A stretch of 64,000 bases of DNA, taken from contig JAHLTZ010000040.1 in the NCBI GenBank assembly GCA_025786725.1, forward strand, positions 116,980-180,979. Reading direction: 5' to 3'. A program made the translations under genes and the position numbers. The DNA comes from Syncephalis fuscata S228. Taxonomy: Eukaryota; Fungi; Zoopagomycota. Positions within the stretch are counted from its first letter, which is position 1. The number at the start of each line of letters is the position of its first letter. Shown here piece after piece: positions 47,390 to 63,153 of this stretch. The notes beneath the pieces are model-generated. The model saw only the letters and a program-made list of their open reading frames with translations. It was not told where the DNA came from and made no database searches.

Positions 47390-49240
47390 AGTGTTAAAAA
47401 ATAAAAGCGAGAATAAAAGTCTACATCTGATAACAAATGTTTCATAAACCAGGTTATCCAATAGGCGGTCACGATAGTAATACTAAGGACCAGTTAATAA
47501 GTACAATAAGCGACATAAATCGAGGTTTATTAGTAATAGGGCTAGTGATAAGTAGATAGTAATGTTTGATAGAACAAAGACAGTATGCAAAAATCATATA
47601 TTAGAAGGAAGGTATATTGGCAAAAGCATGAATAATGGTGCTGAAGTTGGAGTGTGTATAAATTAATGAGTGAAATGAATAAAGTGTGTTGAAACATATA
47701 GCAAGTAGAATATAGCTATTATATTATAAAATGATATATGGCAGTATAAGTATACAATGGAAATGATATAGTTAGATAGATGATAATAATGGTAATAAAT
47801 CTATGATGACAAGTAACTTGATGATTGATGTCACTCATCAACTAGTGCCATGTTCAATAGATTGAATGTTAATTCAATTGCGCGAATATTATTAAACATG
47901 GTTATCTAGCTCCTAAATTAGATTAGATTAGCAATAGACCGTTTAATAACAATAGTTGAAATGATGAAACAATTAACTAAACTATTGATATTATTGGTTA
48001 ATGAGTAGCGCGCAGTAGCTGTAACGAGTTTAGCCAATTGTGATGTGCTAGTATTTACAAACTAAGAAGCTATTTTTATTTAATTAATAAAAGGAATAAC
48101 ATACGTGTGATGATATTATAATACAAATGAAATAGCTGAATGTCGTATTAGAGCAGTCTGAGGATGAATGTGATGGGCAACCATAGATAGGCAAGTAATC
48201 ATAAGAAGCAATGCTAGTATGAATGTACAATATAATTTATTTATATCAAGCTTTTAGTTATACTAACTTGTTGTTAAGGCATTTCTGAGGTGATGAATAG
48301 CCATTGTAACCTGTAGAATATGTCTGTATAGTATCGGCATCGTAGCTTAGATATGATGGCATATTCGTCTGGCATTTGGTATAACATGCCACGCTGCATG
48401 TAATAAGCGTAGAAGAAATTGCATGATGGTCCAAGCTGCAAAGCCTTGGAATAAAAAAATCATGTTTTGGCAAATGCAGCAAAACCGGTTGACATATAAA
48501 TAGCAAAGTATATTCCAATTGGTAGTAATGTTTTGTAACAAATGTATTAAAATGCTTAAAACATTTCTCTATTAATGGCAATACAAATAGTTGGAGTAGC
48601 TTGGATTAGTTACGTATAAAATAAAACACAGATTTCTCCCTAGGTTTACAACTCGATAGAGTTGTAAAAAAGTGCAGCACTGCATTTTGGGTACTGTTTA
48701 TTAATAAACAAACCAACTTATTACATTTGGAATTAATAAACGGATAGTGCCTACTGCAGGCCGAGTGGTTTTTGACTATAGATATGCACCTAACACAAAT
48801 AGGAAGGTATAGGTTTTAGACAATAGGGCACGGAGACAGTCGAGATGCAGTGCTTGTAGGATCGTTTTAAAACAGACCGCGTGCATAGACAATGTCATTA
48901 TCTTGGGTAAATAACAAGTCATTTAGCATGCACTTTTAGCAGCCAAACCAGTATTTTTTAATACTGTTGATACAATATGAATATGTGCTGTTTGAAGGGT
49001 CAAGCCCGCGTTAAATATACTGCTTTACTTGTAGATGCTGCACCATATTGTGACCAGAACCTTTCTAATAATTGCCATTTATTCTTATAATTAATTGACT
49101 TTACAAACAATTGCATGTCTGTGATTGCTATTCTTTTTGTGTGCCACGCTTAATGTTTATCTGATTTACTATACTAGCAGCTATTTTAAGTTATTAGTAG
49201 CCAATTTACGACCAACGAACAACCTATTATACCAGCAGCC

Positions 49241-51153
49241 ATGTCACTCGTGGCAATTTATTGTCATTGTTGTTTTTCATCAGCCAAATAATGCACCTGG
49301 CGGTTGGTGGAATAATTATGCGTACAAATAAGACAGTATTCAAGTTTAAAACGGCCGATCCATTTAGGATAGAGTTTGATTATTTTAACATTACTGGAAT
49401 GCTGGTCATCCCGGAATTCTATAATAATGTCGACTGCGAACTTAAAAAACTGCCTTTACCAGGCGAAACTATATCAGAAGTAAACACTCTGCCAAAGGAT
49501 GTTGCATCCATCATTTTGGTTTTTGAGCTCGAGAAACTAAAAAGCTACGGCTGTAGAAACATGCGACAGGTAATTGAAGTTTTGCTGTACTCCATGGTAA
49601 TCGAACTAATAATCTATTTTGCGTCTAAAGCTTGAGAAGACGTTAGATGATTACAAGAAATGGATAGTCAGCCGCAATTATCCCCCAGCCAGTGGTCTTT
49701 TATTTTTAAGACCTGCCTTCCGTAAAATCTCAGCATCTGTCGGCAGCTTCTTTAAAAGGTATACACCAAGTATTCCTATAGCATTGGCTCGTAATAAAGA
49801 TCTGAAAGATATTAGCAATGCAATGAAAATGCTAGAGTTTCCAGCTATAGCCACTATGACACAAGGTAGATTAAAAGCACCGATTTAATATATCAACTAA
49901 TAGCATGCCGATTAGAACCCAATGCATGGAAACGTTATATACTTTCACCGTGGTTCCAAACATTTATGTGGACATTCTTTACAATCAATGTCATTTTTAT
50001 TCTGCATGCTCTCGGCAGTTTTATATATATATGGTTGTTTGGAAGTCTCGAGGCCGACCTACGGACGCTGGCATTTGTGGCTGGCTTCTTAGCTGTCGTG
50101 CGTAAGTAGCAATAATACGTGGCATTTTTACAGCCTGGCTAATGTAGCTTTATCGCTATTCACAGTTGACTTAGTTGTTATTCCTAGTAACTTTGGAGAT
50201 CTAAGTTATCATATTATAATACAGATTTCTACGATACTATGCTCTATAGCTTTTTACTTTTTGCTTGTTATCTGGTATGTATAAAATGAATATGCAATAT
50301 GTAGTAAATTAACACTTTTTATTAATCAGGTGCTCCCTCAAACTCGGAAAGCAAATTGAACGTAGAATTAGGCTGTTCCGTATAGTCATTCACATCGGCT
50401 TTGCTATGCGGATAATCATACATACTGCAGTTCTTATAATAGTCGCCGTCGATTGTTATGATACAGACCATATTGTTAATATAATTGTTTACAATATACT
50501 TGGCTACTTCTTAATATCGCAACAACTATTGACAGCACTTATATTTGCCTATTTTAGTAAGTCATTTATTGGTGTATACAATTGCATATACAACTTCTAA
50601 TCAAATGTGTAGCTGTAGTTTTCTATCTTAGCATGAAGAACTGTATTAGCGAATCGCTTCGTAATGCTCTAGCTCGCGTAAGTATTTTACCGTTTATAAA
50701 CACCAAACTATTTGATTACTGATTTTTACTAATAATTAACTTGTATTCGATCAGTTGGCCATCATATCAACGGCTTCATTTGTTGCATTTCTTCTTAATA
50801 TTATTGATGTTTTCCTATTACTCAATCTTGAATGGTCAATCGATGCCGATAAAATGATTGCTCGACTTTCATATAACATCGTTGGCCTAACCATTGTATC
50901 GGCTGTTCTACTTTATGTGCTTGGTATCCGTATGCCAGATTATGGCAAAACTTCATCGGAAACAATTATTGTTAGTCCACTCTTTGCCTACCGACTTTTA
51001 TGGTCAGAGATTAAGGCACGGCTATTTAATAAGGTCGATGGCAAGCCCGATTTATCAATTGCTTCACCAGATAGTATTACAACACTATCTTATAAACGTT
51101 GGTCGATCCAACAATTGCTACTTATCAATGACCAACTTTATACATGTTTCTAA
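49241..51153 (+). CDS. 7TM receptor-like protein, inverted copy of paralog 1
   Basis: Mirror of 37285-39195; 1-nt deletion near 49256; several substitutions in the 5' part. Confidence 0.75.
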
Positions 51154-51595
51154 TAAATCAATAACTCTACACATACTTATACTATTTATTGTATAGTGTA
51201 TATATTTCAATAAGCCAAATAAGTAAAAATTAGCAATAATAAAGCTAGAGTCGAGCTGGCAGTGTCTCTCAGTAAAGCAACGCCAAGTAAACGTAAAACG
51301 GTATATATTAGCACAAATATATAATGCGAAGAATATGAATATTGGTGCTGAAGTTATAGCACATATAATAAAATAGTTAAAATCAGTAAAATGTATTAAA
51401 CATAATGAATATAGTTTGTTTGTTATTTATAAAGATGTATTGTTTTACTTGGCAAATGAGTGATTGTTTCAAATAATACACCATAACAATAACAAAAGTT
51501 CTTTAAATTCAAATGATAAACAACTTTAGTATCCATAGAATTAATATAAAACTTTACCTCCTTTACTTCTCTTTTTAATCTACTCGTTGTTTAAC

Positions 51596-52253
51596 ATGGC
51601 TACCAATGTTAGCGATTCATCAATGGTTGAGGAATCTCAGGCACAACAACAACAGCGGGATGAGCTAGAATCCTATTTACATCAACTACTCGCCTGGTAA
51701 GTATATATTGAACAGTAATACTATGACCCAATAAGCTAAATCCCACATAGTCATCCGCGGGACTTGCTTGTCTGCTTAGTAACTGATCGCGAAGGCGTTA
51801 TTCTAGGACAAGGTGCGTGTAAGGTTTTATAAGTTAGCAATACTCATTTAAAACGACTAGCTATGACCGACCAGACACGAGAAAACTTACACGAACCTCC
51901 AATGTCGTCAACTTTTACCGTAGCTAGCGAACAGGTAATAGAATGCTATTTAATAATTGTGTTATTTATTTTAGTTATAGGCTAGTAAATTAGGACTTGG
52001 CCGTCATCGCACGGTCGCTTGTATGACAGGCCTACATCAATTAGTGCAAGCATCGCGACCACCTCTAGTTATTTCACTTATTGCTGACGCACAAGCCAAT
52101 ACAGGTAGGTCATAATACTCTAACAGTAATAATAAGCCAATAAACCAACTATTTCATTATTATACAGGTCTATTATTAGAGCTGGCAAATCAAGTACGCG
52201 ATACAGTAAAGGATCTGGCTTTAGTCGTAGCCGAAGGTGGAGTAGTGGAATGA
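51596..52253 (+). CDS. LAMTOR3: LAMTOR3, inverted-repeat copy
   Basis: Mirror of 36187-36844. Confidence 0.88.
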
Positions 52254-52353
52254 GCAACAGCTATTTTTCAACAATAAATTATATTTGAGCGTTATTTTCT
52301 ATTTTATTATGTTGCACAGCGTATATTACCACCACCAACATAAACTCAATTAC

Positions 52354-53332
52354 ATGGCTATGGCCAAGTTAATGCCGAGTAGTAGTAGTAGTAGTAGTGG
52401 TTGGGCTATGCGACGCTATTTGTCTACGTATGGCATAGCTATGGCCCATAGTAGGTCTGGCTCGTCTAATCGGTGGCTGCAGCGACAACGCGACGATATT
52501 TATGCCCGACAAGCCCGCGCCGACGGCTACCGCACAAGGAGTGCCTATAAACTACTGGCACTGCATGAAAAGCATCGCTTTCTATTGCCGGGGTGCCGGT
52601 GTGTCGATTGCGGCTCGAGTCCAGGTGGTTGGAGCCAGGTAGCCGCTGAACTTATTTTACGTAATGCTGTCAAACCAGAAAAACCACGCATCCACTATAG
52701 AATAGCAACACCAGACACCGAGTCAAATAGACTCGACGACGACGACGAAGAACTAGAGGATGAAGGACTTGTTATAGCCGTTGATCTACTACCAATGGCT
52801 CCTATCACTGGTGTTCATTTTATTGAAGGTGACTTTAGAACCGATGAAATAACACAACGTATGGCCAAACTATTAGACGATAAACCCGTTGATGTTGTAC
52901 TATCAGATATGGCACCCTCGTTATCTGGTACATAATAATAACACGTATATATCATTAATAGACCACTAATATATATATATATATCAATAGGTATTAGAAC
53001 AGTTGATCAAGCAAGATCTATGGTAAGTTATATATATATATATTAATGTTATAATAATATATAATAATAGGAATTATGTGAAGCAGCATTAGAATTCGCC
53101 CAACAACATTTAAGAAAAGAAGGCACGTTTATTTGCAAAGTACGTATTGCATATTCATAATATTATACTAAATAACATGTAATATATTATAATATAGGTA
53201 TTTATGGATGGAGGTGATCCAACCTTTAGACGCCATTTACAAGGCTTATTCCGTAAAGTATTAATAGAAAAACCCATGGCCTCTCGAAAAGATTCTGCAG
53301 AAATCTATTTTGTCTGTCTTGGCAAACAATAA
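52354..53332 (+). CDS. MRM2: MRM2, inverted-repeat copy
   Basis: Mirror of 35112-36086; identical ORF translation. Confidence 0.92.
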
Positions 53333-53722
53333 AGTCAACACTGTCATTATAATAATAATATACAATATAATATACAATATAATATACAATATAATAATAA
53401 ATTGTAATTGTAATTGTAATACACAATGGAAATTCACAATGATTTCTTCACTCTTTCTATTTATCTATTAAATCAGAACCATTGGTCTATTTTAACAATA
53501 TTTTTAAGGACCACAACTATTACACTTCTTACATTTACCGTGCTACTTTGCATTAAACCACCCAACTCAACCCATTTGTAGTGACTTTTATTCTTGATCT
53601 GTCGTTGACGATAGTATTAGCGATAGTATTTCTATTGAATTGCGATCTATTAGTATAGTTAACTACTACTGCTACTACTACTACTACTACAATCGCTGTG
53701 ACAGCCATTATCAACGAGTGTC

Positions 53723-56700
53723 ATGGCGGATATGACCGATCAATCAGAACCGCAACAAGCACCTCCCCTAACTTATGATATGGATAGTATTGCTGTTGCA
53801 GGAGAGGAATCGTGTATTCTTTCTAAAGACATGCCATTAAATGGCTCTACCAATGGTATTGATTCTGAAGTAACAATGATAAAGAGTAGCGATTTAAGCA
53901 ACCACCATGAAAACAACACTATAGCAGTGGAACAAGAAACAGGCCCTATTAGAAGAAGTAAAAGGGCCCGTAAATTAACTGCTCAATATGTTGAAGCGGT
54001 TAAATCACTCGATACATCAATCCACCACCAACAAACAGAAAATGATGTCATAAATAGTATCAATGATAACAGTAAAGTCATTGATGCAACTACTGAACAA
54101 GTAGAGGATATAGAAGAAGAAGAACATGAACATGAAGAAGATATAGAAGACGATAAACTATATTGTCTATGTCGTAAACCAGATGATGGCACTGTTATGA
54201 TTAGTTGTGATGGCTGTTCTGAATGGCAAGTATTTATATTAAATAACCAAATCATCAAATAATTAATAACTAATATGTATAATATAGGTACCATGCTAAA
54301 TGTGTTGGATTAACCAAGGGTAAAGTGGCTAAAATCACTACCTATTACTGTCCTGTATGTATATCGACACTACCAGGTATTGGAGGCAAGGCGGGCAAGA
54401 ATGCTATGAAACGTAAGCTATTGATATATATATATATATATAACAAATACTAATCTATACTATTTATACCAATTTATACTATTTATATTAATTATAGCAA
54501 CCTTTGTTAACTCAGATCAACAAGATAGTCCTGAATCAACAGCTATAATAAGTAATAATGACGACAAGTCAAGTCATTCACCAGTAAGTACCTTTTATAT
54601 AATATAATATAATATAATATAATATAATATATATAATATATATAATAACCCAACATTAATATTAATATTAATATAGACATCAAGTACTATCAAATGTGCT
54701 CGTCCTTCTTGTTCACATGATGCCGAGGATTGGACAGCATTTTGCAGTGCTGAATGTGAACACAGTCCTGAAGTAGTTCAATTAAAGGCCAATGGTCTAT
54801 CATTCCCACCACCTCGTAACCGCGCTACAGGCCCACCATCTCAACGTCGACGTCGTCTATCTCAACAAGATATCGAAGAACAGAGCATAACTAAGAAACA
54901 AGCCACACGACGTAATAGTCATGCCACACTTCATAACAAAAGTGGATTATTCAAAACGAGACGAGATACCAGTAATGACGATGACGATTATAAGAATGAA
55001 GAAAATAAAGAGGATGATACAGAAGGTATAGATGATATGGATGTAGAAGAAGAAGAGAATATACCCATCCGTTCTAAATCTAAATCAACACGACCTAAAT
55101 TAACGCGTATCGATACAAGTCCCACTACCATTGGCCATCACCGTACAACATCAAGTACTAGTGCCAGTGCCAGTGCCAGTGCCAGTGTCCATCATAGTCC
55201 CGATCCACTACGCCGTATGGTGGTCAATAAACTAACCGGTGCCCTTAAGAATATTCTACAAGAAGCAGGAGAGAAAGGCAAGACAGATGTCTCTAAAGTC
55301 ACCGATGAAGACTTACAAGCCCATGCGGAGGATATTGAAGAAGCACTATTCCATTACTTGGCCGATAGATCAGATAGAGTGGGACATGGTCGATGTGGAC
55401 AAGATTATAAGAACAAATACCGCAGTCTTATATTCAGTTTAAATGACAAGAAGAATAACTCGTTACGCTTTCGTGTACTCTCCGGACAAGTGACCTCTTC
55501 TGTATTAGTGCGTATGAGTAATGAAGATATGGCCAATGAAGAACTACGTAATCTAGCCCAAGATGTACGCGAACAAGGCATTAGAGATTCTATTATTGAA
55601 GATATTGATCTATCCGCTTATGTTAAAAAACCCATAAAGGTGAAACGATGCTGGGTGATACACGTCCTCATAATGAAGATAATCATCCACCACCACCACC
55701 ATCATCATCATCATCACAACCAACTCCTACACATAGTCAATCCTCTAATCGACATAGAGATAGAGATAGTGCCACTACATCATTAGCCACTACGCCAGTG
55801 ACAGCCACATTTACCGATAGTTATACTACTACTACTACTACGAGTCATAGTCATAGTAGTAAAGATGAGCATGAAGATGCACTATCTAAATTTGATAAAG
55901 TATTTGATCGATTTGAATCAACCAGTACATTAAAGCCATTTAAAGAAGATGATGATGACGATGACGATAAAGCCATTAAAGCAGTTACCACTAGTCATAT
56001 TAAAAGTGGTTCACGTCCTGTTTCTCCTCTAGCTGATTTTAATGTTAATCAATTGGAATTACCCGACGATTTCATGACAATTGCCTCCTCAATATCGGCA
56101 TCAGCATCGCCACCACCACCATTATTGTCAACTATTCATGATGAAGCGATGAAGGAACAGAATAGAGATTATACTTTATTAAACCATAATGCATCATTGT
56201 CTGTTACTAATATAAATCATGTAATAAGAGCAGATGACATTGATATCGATATTAATGATAATGATGACGATGACGATAATGATCCATTTGCAGATTATGA
56301 TCTAGAACCAGTACTGATTGATGCTAGTAGTGATCCAGTCGATGTGATATGGCAAGGTAGATTATTTATGCCTGATGTCACCGATCTACAATGTACGGCA
56401 TGTCAAGTGGCCGGGGCCACTCAATTGAGTCGATCATCGTGGGCGGATTTATTACCGGCAGCCCTGTCTATTGATGGCCGTATCCACGTTAACCGTACCG
56501 ATGACTATTTGACCCAGATTATCAAATCATCTAGTAGTAAACAGTTACTGCTCGTGCGATTTGATCCCCTTTCTCATGTGTATCAAGAGGCCTACGATCT
56601 ATTATGGTCCTATTTTAGTACAAGACAGCGATATGGCGTGATAGGCTATACACTATCCTCGGTTAAGGATATGTATATTGTGCCTATTGCTACTAATCAG

Positions 56701-57420
56701 TCTAAATTGCCACCTTTTATTGACTTACTCGATTATAAAGTGGATATCCATACAGCACATCATTATTTACTCGGTATTATTGTATGGCATCAACCCAAAT
56801 CACTCTCTACTGTTACTAGTTGTAGTATTAGTAGTAGTAGTAGTAATAATAAGATGCAGAGTGATATCAATAGAGTGAAGCATCAACCAGATAGTCGTGA
56901 TCATAAACAACCTACTATTTATAGAGTACCATTAGTTTCAACACCTACTTCTATTACTTCTATCAATACGATTAGTAACAATACTACACCTCTACCTAGT
57001 ATTAATACTAATACGAATAGTACAAATAATGGTGGATTACTATCGCCTAATACATCAGTAGCTCAATTACTAGCTCAATTAAATCATCCTGTATCGACTA
57101 TTCGTCCTTTAACCACCACCACCACCACCACTATTAATCCTCCTAGTATGTCAACAAATGAATATATGACATCATTAGCCGTACCACCACCTACCAATAC
57201 TACTACAACAACAACAACAACAACAACCAATATACCATCTGGTCATACTGGATTATCACCTGCTTTATTACAAGCATTACAAAAGGCTATTCAAGCACAA
57301 TCAACGACGAATAGTATCGCCTCTAATATAGCAAGTGTCAATCCATTACCGGTACCCAAGACACGGACATGGGATTTTACTGAACCAGATAAATATCATC
57401 CTTATGAATCTGACTACACT

Positions 57421-57456
<36 letters not shown>

Positions 57457-57975
57457 CTAAATAATAATAATAACCTAAATAGTACGAATAGTAACTTGAA
57501 TAGTAATATGAATAGTAATTATCATGATACGGATATGTCATCTACGGCCGATACAAGATCTAATTACCACCACACATATCAACCACCACCACCACCAAGA
57601 CATCCATCCAATAGTAACTATAATTACTATGATCATAGTAACAACAACAACAACAACAACAGCCATCATAGTAATGAACAAGAACAACATCAATCTAGAT
57701 CGGTTCGTCGTTTCTCTTCTCATAACTACAAGAATACTATGAATAGTGATTATCGGCCTAATTATAATGAAGATACACCATCCAATCAGTATTCATATAC
57801 ATCAACCCAACATCGATATGATACATCTCATCGAGGAAGAGGTCATCATCAACAACATAGTGGATATCGACACTATCGACATAATAATAATAACCACCAT
57901 AACAGTAATAACAATAATAGTAACAATAATAATGATAGTCATGGATCACATCGATCTTATTATCATCATTCATAA
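53723..57975 (+). CDS. BYE1: Bye1/DIDO1-like, inverted-repeat copy (homopolymer frameshift near 55630)
   Basis: Mirror of 30482-34724. Confidence 0.88.
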
Positions 57976-58048
57976 ATGATCTAAATGGATATATTTTTAT
58001 TTTATTATTATTATTATTATTACGATTTTGCAATTACAACTTTTCATT

Positions 58049-59245
58049 TCATTTTAGTTGCTGTGTTCTCCAATCCAATAATAAATTATCTAAATCAATA
58101 TCTTCATCTTCACTATCATCTTCATCTTCATTCATATCTGTATTCTGTTGAAGTGTACTACTTGTTATAGTAGTAGTGGTTACTAATCGTGAACGTGTCT
58201 CTGCTGCACGCAATTGTAACACATCCAATCGATCTCTCCAGTCTTGCATTTGTTCTTCTTCATCTTCCCATCTGCGTTGAAGTAATGCCAGTGGATTCAA
58301 GTCATTATTATTTTGTTCTTCTTGTTCTTGTTCTTCCTTTTCTTGTGGTTCGGTTTTAATAGATGGTTCTATTGATGGTGCCATTGCTTGTGTTATACTC
58401 TGTGTTGTTGTTGTTGTTGTTGTATCACCAAGTGCTTGTTGAAATCGCTTCCATTCTAGATCCATTGTATCTTGTGATAGTGGTGTAGCCGTAGATGTGG
58501 CATCTATACCAAGTTCACGTCTTACTTTATCCTCTTGACTAGCATTATCAAAGAATCCTTTGGGTAAATGTTGTGTATTGTTTGTAGTATTTACATTAAC
58601 AGATTCATCATTGACTGGTGTTGTATCAAAGAAATTGGCCGGTAATTGATGTTTACTATCCAATTCGTCTACGTTCGTTGTAGTCTGATCATGTTCATTT
58701 AATTCCATATAAATTGTATCTGATTCCATTTCATCAGTATTTGATTTATGAATACGCTTTCGTTTAACAGTTGATGTATCTTCTGTTTTAATAGACTCAA
58801 TTGATACTGAAGAAATTGATGTACTATGATCTACGGTAGAAGAAGAAGAAGTAATCTTGCGCTTAGAAATAGGTCGTGGTGCGGTAAATGTATCCTTCGA
58901 TGTCTTTAGCTTCTTTGGTTCGCTTGTTTCTTCTTCTTGGTTAAAAGTGTTTTTCTCGTAGAGGAGCGTTTAAGTTTGCGTAATTGCTCTATTGTTGCTT
59001 GATGACTATTGGATGTTAAATGAGCAGGCCAATCTACCGATGACTTTATAACTACTTTGCAAATAGTACAGCTGAGACGGCCTTGTGTATCATAGCGGGC
59101 TAATGGCGATTGAATACGCCTCGATTCTTGAATGGGTTCTGTAGTGTCGTGATCACCAATCATCACGACTAGAACCTTCTTTTCGTTGTTGTTCTCGGGC
59201 TAGACGGGCCCGTTTAAGTACACTTCGGGCATTGGCCGTTGACAT
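58049..59245 (-). CDS. ZNF830: ZNF830-like, inverted-repeat copy (indels near 58955 and 59160)
   Basis: Mirror of 29213-30408. Confidence 0.8.
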
Positions 59246-59368
59246 TGGGTTATTTGCTGATCTTTGGTTTTAATGAAGCGCGTGGGCGCGTTGTGATTTA
59301 AAAGAGAGTGTGAAAACAACATTATACTCGTTTATTCCTTCAATCGTTTATTCTTTTATTGTGTTGAT

Positions 59369-59999
59369 ATGAGTAACTCTCGTACACAGCCACGTCTTGA
59401 ACAATATCGTGAACATTTAGTAGGTCCATATAGTATATAGTATATAGCATATATATTATATGATACTGACTTTCAAACTGGCTTTTATAGAGTGCAAAGT
59501 CTGTCATGTCGGGTTCTTCTGCTCAACCGCCTATTACGTCACACGTTCTTGATACCGGACGTGGTCGACCAGCTGCCAATCTTCCGGTTTTGTTGGAATA
59601 TACGGGTTTATCTGTTACTAGTCATGCGGAAGCAGTAGCTTGGGCTGTTTTAGGAACAACGTAAGTTAATACTAGTGTTTATAAATAATTCGCATTGATG
59701 TATTGTGGATGGTGTTAGTCTAACTAATCAAGATGGTCGTTGTCCAGGACTAACAAAAAGTGGCGATACACTTCAGCCTGGATGTTATCGTGTTACTTTG
59801 ATACTAAAAGCTTATTATGCACAATTTAATGAAAAGTGTTTTTATCCATTTGTTCAGGTAAATAGATATAGCGTTGATGTTTATAAACTAATTAATATGG
59901 ATGATATAGATTGTATTTGAATTGACTGCACCAGAAGACCACTACCACATTCCGTTGTTATTAAGTCCCTATTCATATAGCACATATCGTGGCAGTTAA
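59369..59999 (+). CDS. URAH: 5-hydroxyisourate hydrolase, inverted-repeat copy
   Basis: Mirror of 28459-29089; ends YRGS*. Confidence 0.92.
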
Positions 60000-60975
60000 A
60001 TAATGATAATAATAATAATGAAGCGTATATTTGTTATATATATAAAGTGTTAATAGCAAGGATTATTGTTTTGTATAAATGATTCAATAAACTAAACAAA
60101 TTAGAATTATAAATAATTTATAGCTATAAAATCATATAATGATGAGTATTTTGATGATTGATATCATCCATCGCCTATTTTATGTTTAATACATTGAATA
60201 AAATTTAAAAAATAAAATATATAGTAGTTAATTAAATATTTTGATATCAATTTAATAAAAATTATTAATATTAATGACTTTAACTTATAACAATAGCTTA
60301 ATTAACATATTTATAACAAAAGTTATGATTGTAATAAATTTTGATATAAACTAAAATAAATTGATTATAAAAATGCATCTTTATTATTGTTTGAGTAACA
60401 GTATTGTATTTATAATATGTTGAATAATAAAAGTTACAAAGCTAAAAAACTTTGATGGAAAAAAGTTAACTACAATAAATGCAGCAATCTAATTTAAATC
60501 TTTATTTAAGTAGTTTAGTTACTTGTAACAATATTAACAACAATGCTAATTGTGTTTTACTTTTTAAAAACTTTCAATGATATACTTGTGGCAAATGCAA
60601 CTCAAAAAATATAGTACAAAATGAGTGTAAGGCAAATAAAATATGATTTATTTACTAAATAAATTTAAAAATGAGCATTTATTATGGTGAAATTAAAAAA
60701 CTGTGTATATAATAATATTGTAATACAAATTAAATAATCAAGTTGCACATAGGATATAAATAGATAAATTATTGCTAATTAAAAAGCCATTGAATTGTTA
60801 TATAATAACAATTCTTTTTATAGAAATAGCTACAATTAAATATAATGATTCTATGATAAAAACATTTAGTAGATTATAAATGGTACCGTTATCTTGCTAC
60901 TAATATAAATAAGCTAAAAACAGTAGCTGAACAAAGCTTTTTTATTAAGAGATGACAGTTTGAATGTTAAACCAA

Positions 60976-61312
60976 TTAATAGGTTTTAGGAGGTTGAGTG
61001 TATCGGGCAAACGCCGGTTCCTTGGAATGGCGCAACAGTGCAGTACAACCAGGGAGGACATATGTGGTTTTCGTCACAGGCACCACCCTCTTTGGAATTC
61101 AAAACACAGTAAGTATCACTTGTGTTTGGTCTGTTGGTGCAGACCAGGTTTTGATCTTCTCGACATTGACGGTAAAGATTGCCAGAGTAACCACAGCGTT
61201 CACCAAGACCAACATACTCCGGCTGGTAAGACTTATTTGGGAATGCTTCAACGCTTAGTGCGGCACCAACAGCGAGGACCAAGGCAGTTTTAATGAAAGC
61301 AGCACGGACCAT
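60976..61312 (-). CDS. Secreted Cys-rich protein B, inverted-repeat copy (2-nt deletion near 61005)
   Basis: Mirror of 27136-27474. Confidence 0.85.
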
Positions 61313-63153
61313 GATGAATGAGTTGTTTTGACTGTAGCTTGAATGCAGAAAGTGCTAGATAGCAGAATAAACAATTGTTATAGACAATGAATGAATGAAT
61401 GAATGTTCAATGCAAGATGCTTGTTGTGTAGTAAAGAACTAACAATTTACTTCAAATCATGTCCTGCTTTTATACGTAAATTAGCATTTCCTACTTGCTT
61501 GCAGTGTCAACATCATTCACCACATTTAAGACTATTTTCCGCTTTGTACAATGACGTAGCAGTTGCTATCCATCCATATTTTATTTTTAGCATCAATTTT
61601 GCGACTCGGCGGACAAAAATATCTCACGACTACCAAATTTGTAACAAAATCCATTCTACATTAGTTCTTGTCAAAGTTCTATTTTTATGCTATTTTTTCA
61701 CACATTCGTAAATATTTGCGCAATAATATACATGTCATTATTTTATTAACAGTAACAATACAGTATATCTACAATAACTAGTGTATATCTGTTAATCATA
61801 CACAGCTGTCAACAGTTTGCTCATGCCATTGTAGCTGGAACATAGATTGTTGGAAAGTGGCTGCAGTAATGGTGATACAACAAAGGTGGGTGACGTGTAG
61901 CAATCCGCATTAAGATTGCCGTGCCAGCCACGATGTGTAGTAGTCTATCACACGATTAACACAATGATCAATCTAGATGTTGGTGTTTTCGGGCTTTAAA
62001 AAGCTAAATGGTCGCTATCAAGAATAGACACAGACCAATAGAATGCAAAAATAAAAATAGACCAGGAATGTTCGATTTTATTCTTCTTGAAATACAACGC
62101 TTATTCACCTATTGCCGAGATTGTATTGTCACATGTTTGAGCGTGGTAAATATATGCTTAGCTGTCGGAAAAACACATTCAAAGGCTTAGCAACGTTTAG
62201 CGCAGCAGTAGAGTCAGAAGTGGTGACCACATTACACAAGCTATTTTATTTTTTTGTTACAAAACATGGTAAGTAGTCAGCTTGCACTGGCATTTGTATT
62301 TGTGTATAAACGTAATTCTATAAACCAGTTATTTAATAACAAGCATAGGGCAATGTTTATGTTTAGCTACCTTTACTGATGTTGAGTTATATTCAATTAT
62401 TGTAGTAAAAAGCTTTATTTCAAGTTTATTTTAAAATCAAATAAACCAATATATGGCAACACAACAATAGGATTGCTAAATTATATTGCACAACATGCCG
62501 AGTTAATCATGTAAAAACTAACACTAATTGTTGCGCTAAAAACACCAGTGCTTGAGACATATTAACAAATGGCATTTTTTAAATAATGAAGAAAATAAAA
62601 GGTAATTGCTGAAAAAATGAAAGCGCACATAGCCAAAGGAACATAAAACAAAGCTGAAACACAGTTATTATGCCAATGAACGCGTTAGTACCAATATACG
62701 AGTGGTGAATGTAACTTACAAGAAAGATAAGATTAAAGTACAGTGATATAACGACTGTATATACTTGACTAGTAGTTAGTCTACTACTGGCACTATCTAA
62801 TTAGTATATATGAAATGTACAGTCATATACAATGGATATATACTATCAAGTGTGAAGAAAGATAAATGGAATGTGATGACGTAGATTGTAAGATGTGGAG
62901 CCTGTCAGTCAATACTATAAAAACTTAAATAAAATGGTAGCAAGCGAAGGGTGAATAATAAAGCCAAACTATACAAGTCGGTATATCATAAAATAAATTA
63001 AATGTAATAATGTAATGAATATAAATCTTATTTAACACTAAATAGCATTATTATAGAACATTGTACATATAAACAATAGAATAAACATGTATAAAATATA
63101 TAGCCATTACTGCAAGTATAAACATTTAACTAAATACAATTTAATCAGTTTGT

